Below are positions 43,463 to 52,837 of a DNA stretch of 64,000 nucleotides, one piece after another. Below the pieces are notes generated by a model. It was not told the DNA's origin and made no database searches. It worked only from the letters and a program-made list of their open reading frames with translations. A program made the position numbers and the translations under genes. Positions within the stretch are counted from its first letter, which is position 1. Each line of letters opens with the position of its first letter. The stretch spans positions 416,001-480,000 of the forward strand of contig CAYSCM010000001.1 of the NCBI GenBank assembly GCA_964429815.1, in the 5' to 3' direction. Source of the DNA: an uncultured Candidatus Saccharibacteria bacterium. Lineage in GTDB: Bacteria > Patescibacteriota > Minisyncoccia > Phycocordibacterales > CAYSCM01.

Positions 43463-45325
43463 ATGCATAAGACTTCGCTGCAAACGGGATTCGAAATAGT
43501 ATTGAGCGCGGCTCTTGGCGTTATACTGCTCCTCCACTACCTACACCATCTCTCGGATCTGCCCGCGCTCATCATGTACGCGGCACTTGCCGGCACTGTG
43601 CCGGTCATCGTCGGCGCAGTGCTCGACCTCTGGAGAGGGGAGTGGGCATCGATGGACATGCTCGCCTCCATCGCCCTTATCTTTTCGCTCGCCGATCATG
43701 AGTGGGGGCCTGCTGCGTTCATCGCGCTCATGCTCGCAACCGCGCGTCTCCTCTCCCTCTACACGGCCACCCGCGCAGAGAAGAGTATCGACAGTCTCTT
43801 CAAGCTGCGTCCCGAGTCGGCCAGGATCGAGCGCGCCGGAGCGATAGAGATTGTGCCGCTTGAAAAAGTGGTACCTGGCGACACCGTCCTCCTCGACGTG
43901 GGCGAGCGCATACCTGTTGACGGCGTTGTCGTCTCGGGGGAAGCCGCTGTCGACGAGTCCTCCCTCACCGGGGAGTCGCTCCCAGTCGATAAGGAGAAAG
44001 ACTCGCAGGTCTTCAGCTCGACCCTCGTTTCCTCTGGCGGTCTCCGGGTGCGCACGGAGCGGGTCGGCAAGGACACGACGCTCGAGAAAATCATCGAGCT
44101 TGTAAAATCCGCCCGCGCCAAGCGCCCCGCGATCGAAACAGCCGCCGAGCGCTTCGGCAAAGCCTATCTCGTGGGCATGATAGCCCTCTCCGCCAGCCTC
44201 CTTTATCTCACGCGCGACATTCATCTGGTGCTCTCCGTCGTCCTCGTCGTCTGCGCGGACGATGTTGCGGTCGCCATACCGCTTGCGTTCATGGGTGCCA
44301 TCGGCTCGGCCGCCAAGCGCGGAGTAGTCGTAAAGGGAAGTGCCCACCTCGAGGCGCTGCGGCGCGCGACGACGTTCGTCTTCGACAAGACCGGCACCCT
44401 CACGACGGGCAAACTCACTGTCTCAGGCATTTCCTGCACGAAGGGCTGCGACGAAGGAGAGCTCCTCAGCTACTCCGCGCTCGCCTCGCGCGGCTCGAAG
44501 CACCCGCTCTCCCGCGCCATTACCGCCTACGCAAATGAGCGCGGCATTCCCCCGCTTACCCCCGATGAATCGCACTCGGTCGGCGGCAAGGGCGCGATCG
44601 CGACCTACCAAGGTTCGCGTATACTCATCGGGCGCCGCGCATTCATGCGCTCAGAAAAAATTGAGATACCGGAGGAAATAGAAAAAGCCATCGCCTCCTA
44701 CGGCGATGAGGGCAAGAGCATTTCCCTTACCGCCAAGGACGGAAAAATCCTCGGTATCATTGCGCTCCACGACGAGATACGCCCCGAGGCCAAAGACTCC
44801 CTCATGGCGCTCCGAGAGCTCGGCGCGAAGCGCCTCGTGATGCTCACGGGAGATAATGAGCACGTCGCGCGCGTCGTCGCGCGCGAGCTTAGCATCGACG
44901 AGTTCCACGCGGGACTTATGCCGCAGGACAAAGTCGCTCGCATCGAGTCTTTCGTAAAGGAAGGGTCGGTCGTCATGGTGGGGGACGGGGTGAACGACGC
45001 GGCGGCCCTCTCCGCAGCCACGGTGGGTATCGCGATGGGCGCCATCGGCTACGACACCGCCATCGAGTCGGCAAGCATCGTCCTTATGACCGACGATCTC
45101 GAGCGCATGGTGGAGACAGTGCGGCTCTCGCGGCGGGTCCAGCACATCGCGACAGAGGATTTCTGGATATGGGGCGCCACCAACGCGCTCGGGCTCGCGC
45201 TTGTCTTTCTGGGCTTTATCGGGCCGGCGGGTGCGGCGGCCTACAACTTCATTTCAGACTTTTTCCCGCTCGGGAATTCCGTGCGCGCGTGGTTCCCCGC
45301 GCGCCTCTCTACGAAAACGAGATAA
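43463..45325 (+). CDS. cation-transporting P-type ATPase (no N-terminal metal-binding domain, no CPC motif)
   Basis: VFDKTGTLT phosphorylation site, GDGVNDAAAL hinge, TGDN, about 6-8 TM helices. Specificity not assignable. Confidence 0.8.
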   Translation: MHKTSLQTGFEIVLSAALGVILLLHYLHHLSDLPALIMYAALAGTVPVIVGAVLDLWRGEWASMDMLASIALIFSLADHEWGPAAFIALMLATARLLSLYTATRAEKSIDSLFKLRPESARIERAGAIEIVPLEKVVPGDTVLLDVGERIPVDGVVVSGEAAVDESSLTGESLPVDKEKDSQVFSSTLVSSGGLRVRTERVGKDTTLEKIIELVKSARAKRPAIETAAERFGKAYLVGMIALSASLLYLTRDIHLVLSVVLVVCADDVAVAIPLAFMGAIGSAAKRGVVVKGSAHLEALRRATTFVFDKTGTLTTGKLTVSGISCTKGCDEGELLSYSALASRGSKHPLSRAITAYANERGIPPLTPDESHSVGGKGAIATYQGSRILIGRRAFMRSEKIEIPEEIEKAIASYGDEGKSISLTAKDGKILGIIALHDEIRPEAKDSLMALRELGAKRLVMLTGDNEHVARVVARELSIDEFHAGLMPQDKVARIESFVKEGSVVMVGDGVNDAAALSAATVGIAMGAIGYDTAIESASIVLMTDDLERMVETVRLSRRVQHIATEDFWIWGATNALGLALVFLGFIGPAGAAAYNFISDFFPLGNSVRAWFPARLSTKTR

Positions 45326-45611
45326 GAAGATAGCTAAGGTAAAGGCCGACCAAGAGCGCAAAGGAGCCGACGGTCCTGCCGAAGAAGACGAGTGCCTCAG
45401 GGCGCTTCTCATCGAGGTAGAGCTCGATGGGCACGGCAAGAAATAGGTAGCCCATGACCACCGCGGAGAGGACGAAAAATCCCAGTAAAAGTATGGGGAG
45501 AAAAAGCGTTTGCTGGAGCGCGTGCATCGAGGAGATAAGGTTAATTATAAAGACGATGCCGACGATATAGAGGCCGGCTAGGAGCGTGCGCACATAGGGG
45601 TTTCTGCTCAT
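45309..45611 (-). CDS. hypothetical small membrane protein (3 TM)
   Basis: 100 aa, strongly hydrophobic (LLAGLYIVGIVFIINLI...). Overlaps the ATPase 3' end by 17 nt. Confidence 0.4.
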   Translation of the reverse strand: MSRNPYVRTLLAGLYIVGIVFIINLISSMHALQQTLFLPILLLGFFVLSAVVMGYLFLAVPIELYLDEKRPEALVFFGRTVGSFALLVGLYLSYLLISFS

Positions 45612-45797
45612 GGTCTTTACAACTGTGCCGATAACTAAAAGTTATTTCTTGAACCTAAGAGGTATCTAGGCTTTCACTTTCATCATAGGGCCTGCCGCAA
45701 GCGCTTTACACAAATCCATAGGTGTCTTTCCCATCAGGAGTTGTAGCAAATCGACTGCTACGCCAGGCGCGCTGCTGAAGTCCCTGAAAAGGGTGTA

Positions 45798-47021
45798 TCA
45801 GGGATTATTGAGCGCCGTCAAAAGTGTCTGCAAGGCCACTTTGGCGGTTTGTGCGTTCGGATTCACTGCGCGAATTTCGCGCAGCACTGTATCGATCGCT
45901 CCATCTATATGTGTCCAAGCGGTCGGGTCCAACGGCTTCATTTGAGCCTGCGCATGGTCCCAATCGTACTCGAGGTCGTTGGCATGGCCATTTGCGCCTG
46001 GCCAATCCGCGGCATTCACGGAATCAAGAATGGCCTGCGTGACAGACTTCAACATAGATAGATCGCCGAGCGGTGAAAGGGTAGTATTTCCTAAAGCCAC
46101 GGCGGTTGATTTTGCAGCTTGCTGCTTGGTTTGGAGCTCATGGGTTCGCCAGATGTATCCGCCTATAGCCGCAATCGCAAGGAGCACAGTCACGATGACG
46201 ACTTGAATGAAAATGCGTCCCCCAGGCTCTCCCGAGGGTTTCTCCGCCGCAACGGTCTCACTGGTTATGTCTGGCTTGGCGATGATGAGGTAGAGGACAG
46301 TGAGCGCTATGGCGGCCGTAAAGATACCGGTCGTAAGAGTCGCACCGAACCCAAGGCCTCCATGCGCCTGTGTTTGCGTGAGAAAATCGCCGATCGATGC
46401 TCCTAGGGGCCGCGTAAAAATATAGATTATCCAAAACGCCAGTATCGAGTTGAGTCCCGCTCGCCAGGCGACGGCAAAAACCGCGATGAGAAGGGCGACG
46501 ATGACCCCGGTCGTGAAGTAGCCAAGCCCGAGCGCCTCGGCGTACAGATCGCCTGTTGCAGTACCAAGTGCAAATGTGAATAGAACCGCAAGCCAATAAA
46601 ATGCTTCGCGCTTAGTAGTAAAGATCGAATGAATCGAGAGTGTCTTTTCCTGCCAATACCAAACGGCAAAAGTAATAAGCAGGAGCGCACTAAAGATCAT
46701 TGTGCTGTACTCGAGCGGGAATCCGAGCGCGTCGGTGAGGTTGTCGGTCACCAGCGTGCCAAAGACGCTGATGAGGACGACGTTGAGCCAGTAGACGACA
46801 GGTATATATCGCTTGGCGCGGAATTGAACGGCGAGCGCTATAGCAAGCACTATGCCCATAACAAACGACGTGCCGCGGAGACCGAAATTCAGACTGACGT
46901 TGAGGAAATCCGACGCCGTTTCCCCGACCGTCGTGCAGAGGACCTTAATAATCCAGAAATACAGGGTGATTTCCGGAACCTTATTGAGCATCTTGCGTAT
47001 TATTTGAGCGTTCGTCGGCAT
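45798..47021 (-). CDS. hypothetical polytopic membrane protein
   Basis: About 10 TM helices, C-terminal soluble tail. Start moved to the internal ATG (MPTNAQIIRKMLNK) because the track N-terminus, a TTG start, runs through tRNA-Gln. The displayed line numbering near 47020-47040 looked off by one against the ORF track, so this end coordinate may be off by 1 nt. Confidence 0.5.
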   Translation of the reverse strand: MPTNAQIIRKMLNKVPEITLYFWIIKVLCTTVGETASDFLNVSLNFGLRGTSFVMGIVLAIALAVQFRAKRYIPVVYWLNVVLISVFGTLVTDNLTDALGFPLEYSTMIFSALLLITFAVWYWQEKTLSIHSIFTTKREAFYWLAVLFTFALGTATGDLYAEALGLGYFTTGVIVALLIAVFAVAWRAGLNSILAFWIIYIFTRPLGASIGDFLTQTQAHGGLGFGATLTTGIFTAAIALTVLYLIIAKPDITSETVAAEKPSGEPGGRIFIQVVIVTVLLAIAAIGGYIWRTHELQTKQQAAKSTAVALGNTTLSPLGDLSMLKSVTQAILDSVNAADWPGANGHANDLEYDWDHAQAQMKPLDPTAWTHIDGAIDTVLREIRAVNPNAQTAKVALQTLLTALNNP

Positions 47022-47057
47022 AGGGGAGATGCTATCACGGCGATTGTGCAGAATTTG

Positions 47058-47128
47058 CTGGGGGACAGGGATTCGAACCCCGATTAATGGCTCCAAAGGC
47101 CACTGTCCTACCGTTAGACGATCCCCCA
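47058..47128 (-). tRNA. tRNA-Gln (anticodon TTG)
   Basis: U1:A72 acceptor (UGGGGGA/UCCCCCA), anticodon stem GUGGC/GCCAU with loop CUUUGGA, T-arm CGGGG-UUCGAAU-CCCUG. Coordinates may be off by 1 nt because of the same local numbering discrepancy as 45798-47021. Confidence 0.8.
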
Positions 47129-47209
47129 ATGGAGAGATACTAACCCGTGAGTGGTGTCGAGGCAAAGTTGTAAAAAATCTTCAAACGGGTAGATTCGGGA
47201 GAGGAACGT

Positions 47210-47695
47210 ATGAGGAACAAGATGACGCTCGAGTATCTCTTGGTGCTACCCGTCGACCCGATGCCGGTCGGGGCAACCTATCGACGCAATGAGTCGCTGC
47301 CGCTTCACTGTACGCTGATGCCGTGGTTTCCGCTGAGCCTTGAGACGAGCTTTCAGATGCTCGAGGAGGTCTTGGGGCAGATCGCGCTTCGCACACCTCC
47401 TCTTGCGCTGGTGTCGGAGCGAAGTGAACTTTTCGGGCCCAACAAGAACGTGCATGTCCACACACTTCGGATGCCCGACGCGCTCGAGGACCTTCACTAC
47501 CGCGTTTGTGAGAAGCTCCTGGACTTTGGCAGTCTGCCGAAGAGCCCGTGGATAGGCGATGGGTACCGCCCGCATGTCTCCGACCACAATGGAAGGACGT
47601 ATCTCCCGGGCACGGTCACCATCGCCAAAAGGATTACACTTCTTTCGCGCAATGCCGTCGAAAAGAGCGTCATTCGAGAATTTGCCCTCGATTGA
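47210..47695 (+). CDS. 2H phosphoesterase superfamily protein (LigT/2'-5' RNA ligase-like)
   Basis: Two H-x-T/S-x motifs (PLHCTLMPW; RPHVSDHN). 161 aa. SD GGGAGAGGaacgtATG. Confidence 0.55.
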   Translation: MRNKMTLEYLLVLPVDPMPVGATYRRNESLPLHCTLMPWFPLSLETSFQMLEEVLGQIALRTPPLALVSERSELFGPNKNVHVHTLRMPDALEDLHYRVCEKLLDFGSLPKSPWIGDGYRPHVSDHNGRTYLPGTVTIAKRITLLSRNAVEKSVIREFALD

Positions 47696-47702
47696 GTACG
47701 CT

Positions 47703-47736
47703 GCGCCGCCCAGGGAACCTGGGCGGCGCTTTTTCT
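47703..47736 (+). terminator. intrinsic terminator
   Basis: gcgccgcccagg-gaa-cctgggcggcgc, then ttttt. Confidence 0.7.
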
Positions 47737-47774
47737 ACACTGGCGCTTCAGGCTCGCGGCGGTACACTACTCTC

Positions 47775-48374
47775 ATGCGCAACATTATCGTTCTCTCGTT
47801 TATCAGCCTTGATGGTATCATGCAAGCCCCCGGCGGACCGCAGGAGGATACCTCGGGCGGATTTACATATGGCGGTTGGACCGTGCCGTACTTTGACGAG
47901 GTAGCAGGACAGATGATGGGAGAGCAAATGAAGGAGCCATTCGAGCTTCTCCTTGGCAGGAAAACGTTTGATATCTTCGCCGCCTACTGGCCGCAGCATG
48001 AGAGTACATGGCCCGGCATCAATAGTTCAAAAAAGTATGTTGCTTCAACTATAAAAAGCTCGCACACGTGGGAGAACTCCATTTTCCTTAAAAATCCGGT
48101 CGTCGAGGAAGTAAAGAAACTTAAAGAGGGAAGCGGCCCCGATCTGCAGGTTCACGGCAGCGGCAATTTTATCCAAACGCTCCTCAAAAATGACCTCGTC
48201 GATGAGCTTTGGCTCAAAACATTTCCCCTCACCCTAGGCTCCGGCAAGCGCCTCTTTGCGGAAGGCACCATCCCCGCCGCCTTCTCGCTTGTAGAGACCA
48301 AAGTGACCCCGGCTGGTGTTATCTTTGCCAACTACAAACGCGCGGGCGAAGTCAAAACCGGTTCATTCGAATAG
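47775..48374 (+). CDS. dihydrofolate reductase-like (RibD C-terminal domain) family protein
   Basis: MRNIIVLSFISLDGIMQAPGGP...LLLGRKTF...LQVHGSGNFIQTLL...DELWLKTFPLTLGSGKRLF. Start moved from the track 47559 to ATG 47775, downstream of the terminator. Confidence 0.7.
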   Translation: MRNIIVLSFISLDGIMQAPGGPQEDTSGGFTYGGWTVPYFDEVAGQMMGEQMKEPFELLLGRKTFDIFAAYWPQHESTWPGINSSKKYVASTIKSSHTWENSIFLKNPVVEEVKKLKEGSGPDLQVHGSGNFIQTLLKNDLVDELWLKTFPLTLGSGKRLFAEGTIPAAFSLVETKVTPAGVIFANYKRAGEVKTGSFE

Positions 48375-48380
48375 TGCGGG

Positions 48381-49556
48381 CTATTTGAGCGCCAAGAAGG
48401 CGTTCAGGTAGTGGAGCGAAATGCCGCCGAAGTCGGAAGCGCTTGCAAACGCTTTTTCGACGGCGGCAATCTGCCGTTCGTAGCGAGCCCGTGAGGTATT
48501 GAAGTAGGTGGTATAGGGAGGGGGAACATCGCCAAACTCGCTTGCAATGACTATTTTTGCGGTATGTCCCTGCGCTTCACGCAGCTCGCCCTGCGAGATA
48601 TCTATGGCGCCATCGTGTCCTTGCGCAAAATTGCGGTACGCCATGACGATTATCGAGCTGCCCGGCCGGCGGTCGAGGAGTCGCACCAGCTGGTTGATGG
48701 TGTCGCCACGATGGAAACCGTAGAAAAATTTTCCGGCTGAGAGTGTGTCATAAAAATCAGGAACGACCACCGCAAAACGCAAATCCGAGCCGTAGAGCCA
48801 CTCGAGGCTCTGGTCAACAAGTGCTGTAAAACGCCGCAAGACAACGCGCGGCTGACTCTGGTACTCTGAGAGAAGGTAGGGTTCGACATCGTACTGAAAA
48901 CCGCGCAGTTTTTCCGTATTCATTTTATTGAAGTCGATGGCGTAGGCGACAACAGCCGCAGGTTTGTAGGTGTGGCCGGGCTCAGCCCAATTGCGCCAGC
49001 CCCCCTCTGCATCGACCGCGATGCCGGCCGCATGGGCGTGCGTCACGAAATCCTCAAGCGTTTCATCAAACTGTTTCTTCAAGGCACTCTTTTGCGACCC
49101 CTCAGGCATGATGAAAATATCGAGATACGAATCGATCGAAAGATAGATAGCCTTGATGCCCTCCTGTTTTGCCCCAGCGATTACGGTGTCGCGGTAGGTC
49201 GGCGTAATCTCGAGCACAGGAGTCCACAGCCACGTGCCTTTTTCAGCTGCCGTGTCGGTAGGGAGGATTTGCGTATGTCGCGGTGCAAAGGCGCTCAAAA
49301 TGCTGGCGATTTGTCCGCCGCCTTCGATGGTGACCGAGTCGGCGAAGTGCGGATCGGAGAGCTTGGCGTTTTCCGTGATGTGAGTATCGGAGTACAGATG
49401 GGGGAGGACCGCAGGGAGGGAGAGAGTGAGCGCGGAGGAGCTCGGGGAGCTCGAACGCACCACGTAGTAGTACGCGCCGACGACGAGCCCGACGAGGAAA
49501 AGGGCGACGTAGAGTTGGTGCTTTGGACTGCCCCGAGGATGTCGAGCTTTGTGCAT
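48381..49556 (-). CDS. hypothetical secreted protein, possibly glycoside-hydrolase-like TIM barrel
   Basis: N-terminal TM/signal (LYVALFLVGLVVGAYYYVV). Alternating beta/alpha pattern with acidic residues at strand ends (KAIYLSIDSY; IVMAYRNFAQGHDG). Family not identified. Confidence 0.35.
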   Translation of the reverse strand: MHKARHPRGSPKHQLYVALFLVGLVVGAYYYVVRSSSPSSSALTLSLPAVLPHLYSDTHITENAKLSDPHFADSVTIEGGGQIASILSAFAPRHTQILPTDTAAEKGTWLWTPVLEITPTYRDTVIAGAKQEGIKAIYLSIDSYLDIFIMPEGSQKSALKKQFDETLEDFVTHAHAAGIAVDAEGGWRNWAEPGHTYKPAAVVAYAIDFNKMNTEKLRGFQYDVEPYLLSEYQSQPRVVLRRFTALVDQSLEWLYGSDLRFAVVVPDFYDTLSAGKFFYGFHRGDTINQLVRLLDRRPGSSIIVMAYRNFAQGHDGAIDISQGELREAQGHTAKIVIASEFGDVPPPYTTYFNTSRARYERQIAAVEKAFASASDFGGISLHYLNAFLALK

Positions 49557-49627
49557 TCGCTCTATTTTATCCTATTTATCCTACGGCCAACCTTCCCACC
49601 CCAGCCTCCCCACCCCAGCCTCGTGTA

Positions 49628-49657
49628 TATTCCAGTATTTTGCAAAATACTAGAATG
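49628..49657. promoter_or_regulatory. palindromic operator/promoter motif upstream of ArsR gene (tattccagtattttgcaaaatactagaatg)
   Basis: 18-bp perfect palindrome agtattttgcaaaatact within an ATTCCA-N16-TAGAAT arrangement. The -10 (49651-56) is 30 nt before ATG 49686. Confidence 0.5.
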
Positions 49658-49685
49658 AGTTGTCTTCCTGGGGTACGATACAGCC

Positions 49686-49961
49686 ATGGCTCAGCACACT
49701 TTCCGTTCACTTGAGCGCATTATCAAAGGATTTGACAACCATCGACGGCTCGGGATTCTCGACCTTCTTAAGCGTAAACCTGAACTCTCCGTGGACGAAA
49801 TTGCGGAGCAACTTCGGATCGGCTACCAAAACGCCTCTGATCACATACGCAAAATGGCCATCGCAGGGTTGGTAGCTAAACGATATGAAGGGACGACCGT
49901 GCGACACAAACTCACGCCGCGGGCTGAGGATATTCTAATATTTTGCAAAAAACTGGAATAA
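49686..49961 (+). CDS. ArsR/SmtB-family HTH transcriptional regulator
   Basis: 91 aa. RLGILDLLKRKPELSVDEIAEQLRIGYQNASDHIRKMAIAGLV winged-helix region. No CxC metal site evident. Confidence 0.75.
   Translation: MAQHTFRSLERIIKGFDNHRRLGILDLLKRKPELSVDEIAEQLRIGYQNASDHIRKMAIAGLVAKRYEGTTVRHKLTPRAEDILIFCKKLE
49931..49960. promoter_or_regulatory. third copy of the palindromic motif, embedded in the last codons of the ArsR gene (tattctaatattttgcaaaaaactggaata)
   Basis: Encodes ...DILIFCKKLE-stop. Imperfect palindrome, closely similar to the copies at 29708 and 49628. Confidence 0.45.
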
Positions 49962-50076
49962 GGAAACAATAATAAGGAAACAATGAGGATACGAGAGGAC
50001 GAAAATGGAAAAACTTGAATAAAGAAGTAAGGAAAAGCGCAAAGGGGGAAACGCAGAGTCATACAAAATAAGTGAG

Positions 50077-51543
50077 CTATTTGAGAACGCTCCACATGCC
50101 CTGATCCTCGCCGCCGTCCATTTTAAAGACGGCAACGCCGCGCACGCCGAGGCCCCGTGCGAGGTCGACTTTGTCTTTGATAGCCTGCGCGTCGTTCCAG
50201 GTCATGTAGTTGAAAGGTTTGCTCGCATCGATTTGTGAGCCGAGATTTTGTGCAACGGAAGTTGTCGCGACCTCTTGCTGCGTTTGCGTGATGTTACCAT
50301 CGGCCGGCGCCTGCGGAAGCGTCGCTTTGTCGTAGATGAAACCTACCTCGTTCGCGCTTGTGCGATGCACGGCGATGCCAAGCCGCGCGGCGATGTCGGT
50401 CGCATATCCGGGGTTAAACGGCCAGAGCACTTCATACTGAAAACCCGAGCCGGAAAGTGGCGTCACGTGGTACTCGTAGCCGTAGGTCGGAATGCCGATG
50501 ATGAGCTTATTGCGGGAAATGGTTTGTGCTGCAAGACGCACAAGATCTTCAACCCAGCCGGGGTCCGCGACCGGTGCGTACGGGGCGGAGCGTGCGACGT
50601 TTAAGCGCTTATCGACCGTCGTCTGATCATAGGCCATGATCTCGACGCGATCGCAGTACTTATTGAGCGCGACGTAGTCGTTGGCGTAGTCGGTCGCGTC
50701 CGGCGGAATGGTGTCGCCCGGAAGATAGCGGTCCTCAAGCGGCATGCGGGCTTCGACGGTGCAGTACACCCACTTTTGCCCCATGCGCTGGTAGAGGCCT
50801 TTGAGGAAGGTCGAGAAGTAGTTGATGGTCTCATGCTTTTTGGCTTCAAAGTCGATGTCTATGCCGTCAAAGCCCATGCCCTTCACGGTCGCCGCGATCT
50901 CGTCTTCCAGCGCGATACGCTTTGTGGTATTGCTCAATACCGCCTGCATCGCATCTGCGTTGCCCCAGAGAATGCTCGGCACCACGCGCACCTTGGTGGC
51001 CTTTGCCTGTGCGATAAAATCGCTCCAAGGTTCAAAGCCAAGTTGTGCGGTATCGATAAGATGACCATCTGAGCTCACGTTGTAGGAGAAGGGCATTACA
51101 CTTGCTAGCTGAGGCAGGTGGGGGATGACGTCTCGGGTCGCTGTCGCTACTCGCCAGTAGGGAACCCAGCCGCTTATTTCAAATTTTCCGGTGGCAGCGG
51201 GTGTAAGAGTGAGGGAAATTTTTGCAGGATTTTTGGGGTACGTGGTCCCAAGCGTGAGAGCAGCTTGCGTTCTTGGGCCATACACACCGTAGCCGGTCGC
51301 ATCTTCTGTACAGATGACCTCCTGCGCGCACTGGAACTTTTTAATCGCTGCTTGTGTGAGAGGACCAAAGTAGCCGGAGTCTTTTCCGGAGGCAAGATAA
51401 CCCTGCGCGATGAGTTTTTGCTGGAGAGTAGCCACATCGCTTCCTGAATCGCCAAGCGATAGGGAGCGAGTCGCTGCGGAGGCCGTGGGCGCGATGAGGA
51501 GTACGAAGAAAAGCGGAAGTGCAAATAAAAAACGTCGTGGCAT
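50077..51543 (-). CDS. GH18 (chitinase-like) glycosyl hydrolase with N-terminal peptidoglycan-binding domain and signal peptide
   Basis: PG_binding_1-like LGDSGSDVATLQQKLIAQGY...FGPLTQAAIKKFQ. GH18 catalytic FDGIDIDFE. Start taken at ATG 51543 (MPRRFLFALPLFFVLL signal). Confidence 0.7.
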   Translation of the reverse strand: MPRRFLFALPLFFVLLIAPTASAATRSLSLGDSGSDVATLQQKLIAQGYLASGKDSGYFGPLTQAAIKKFQCAQEVICTEDATGYGVYGPRTQAALTLGTTYPKNPAKISLTLTPAATGKFEISGWVPYWRVATATRDVIPHLPQLASVMPFSYNVSSDGHLIDTAQLGFEPWSDFIAQAKATKVRVVPSILWGNADAMQAVLSNTTKRIALEDEIAATVKGMGFDGIDIDFEAKKHETINYFSTFLKGLYQRMGQKWVYCTVEARMPLEDRYLPGDTIPPDATDYANDYVALNKYCDRVEIMAYDQTTVDKRLNVARSAPYAPVADPGWVEDLVRLAAQTISRNKLIIGIPTYGYEYHVTPLSGSGFQYEVLWPFNPGYATDIAARLGIAVHRTSANEVGFIYDKATLPQAPADGNITQTQQEVATTSVAQNLGSQIDASKPFNYMTWNDAQAIKDKVDLARGLGVRGVAVFKMDGGEDQGMWSVLK

Positions 51544-51611
51544 GTTCACATAGTAGCAGACGAACATAAAGAGGGGCGCTTACTCTTCGGCATCGGGTAC
51601 TAGCAGCAATT

Positions 51612-51620
51612 TGCTAGAAT
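51612..51620 (+). promoter_or_regulatory. extended -10 TGCTAGAAT 6 nt before ATG 51627 (leaderless)
   Basis: caatttgcTAGAATtgacccATG. Confidence 0.4.
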
Positions 51621-51626
51621 TGACCC

Positions 51627-52082
51627 ATGCAAAAGATAACGCCGTTTTTATGGTTTGATACAGAAGCGGAAGAGGCTGCGCGTTTTTACACGTCGCTTTT
51701 TAAGAACTCAAGCATTACCCATGTGACCAAGGGGCCAGAGGGGAGAGTTGAGTGGATTTCCTTCACCCTCGCGGGAGAAGAGTTTATGGCCCTCAACGGG
51801 GGCCCTGTGTTCACGTTCACCGAAGCGATATCGTTGTTCGTTTCCTGCGAAACTCAGGAGGAAGTGGACGAATTGTGGGGAAAGCTCTCGGCAGAACCCA
51901 AAGCGGAGCGATGCGGCTGGCTCAAAGACCGCTACGGCCTCTCCTGGCAGATAATCCCGACTGCACTTTCGAGACTTCTTGCATCGAAGGACAAGGCGGC
52001 CGCAGGGCGCGTGATGCAGGCGATGCTCCAGATGAAAAAAATCGATATTGCAAAGCTACAAGAAGCCCACGACCATGCCTGA
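51627..52082 (+). CDS. VOC-family protein (PhnB/3-demethylubiquinone-9 3-methyltransferase-like glyoxalase fold)
   Basis: ITPFLWFDTEAEEAARFYTSLF...FMALNGGP...CETQEEVDELWGKLS...RCGWLKDRYGLSWQI. Confidence 0.7.
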   Translation: MQKITPFLWFDTEAEEAARFYTSLFKNSSITHVTKGPEGRVEWISFTLAGEEFMALNGGPVFTFTEAISLFVSCETQEEVDELWGKLSAEPKAERCGWLKDRYGLSWQIIPTALSRLLASKDKAAAGRVMQAMLQMKKIDIAKLQEAHDHA

Positions 52083-52752
52083 ACTGGTCAAACACACGCC
52101 GAGGTGGCAGTGGATAGCTCTTATTCTTATCATCGTCGCGTTCGGCACGTATCTGTGGTGGAACAAGATCGGAAAAGGGGCATCAAATTCCACGGGGAGT
52201 GCCTCGACAACGGCTACCATGGTCTCCGACGGTACCATTACGTTGTTCCGTCCGGGCGACTTTGGACTTGCGGTCACGAAGGAGCGGGTACTCGTGCGCA
52301 CCTACACTCCGCCTTGTGAGGAAGGCTTCGACTACTGTCTCTACTACAACGGCTCCGCGTATAAAAACACCAACTTCGAGAGTGCCGGCCTTTCTATCCG
52401 CAGGCGCACTGATCTTGCCGACAAAGCACGCTGTCTCTCGGCGCAGCCCTCCGGCTACAGCGGCGTGCCAATACGGATCCTTGACAAACCGAACTATTCC
52501 GTAAGCGTCGCGCAAACGGGGGAGGGCGCCGCAGGACACTACGCTACCGGCGAAGAATTCCGCCTCTTCACGGCCAGGAAATGCTACCAATTCGACACGC
52601 AGGTGGGGGAGTCGCAATTCGCCAACTATCCTGCCGGCTCCATAGAGGAGTTTTCCAAAGACAGTCGCACCGGAATGCTTCTCGTTCTCCGAAACCTCGT
52701 GCAGTCAGTGAAGCTCAACGCGACGGGAGAGTCGCTTACCCTCCCGCAGTAG
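52075..52752 (+). CDS. hypothetical membrane-anchored protein
   Basis: ATG 52075 overlaps the upstream stop. TM WQWIALILIIVAFGTYLWW, then a roughly 190-aa domain with 4 Cys. Confidence 0.45.
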   Translation: MPELVKHTPRWQWIALILIIVAFGTYLWWNKIGKGASNSTGSASTTATMVSDGTITLFRPGDFGLAVTKERVLVRTYTPPCEEGFDYCLYYNGSAYKNTNFESAGLSIRRRTDLADKARCLSAQPSGYSGVPIRILDKPNYSVSVAQTGEGAAGHYATGEEFRLFTARKCYQFDTQVGESQFANYPAGSIEEFSKDSRTGMLLVLRNLVQSVKLNATGESLTLPQ

Positions 52753-52837
52753 ATCTCACCCAGGCTTATTTGGTATACTTGCCTCACGGTGTCGTTCACA
52801 TTCGCATCGTCAATCGAGTAAATACTCTAAATACTCC

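Noticed and set aside
47029-47292. 87-aa plus-strand ORF, and N-terminal extension of the 45798 ORF to 47165
   Set aside because: Both run through tRNA-Gln (47058-47128). The membrane-protein start was moved to the internal ATG near 47021. The track M at 47165 is a TTG.
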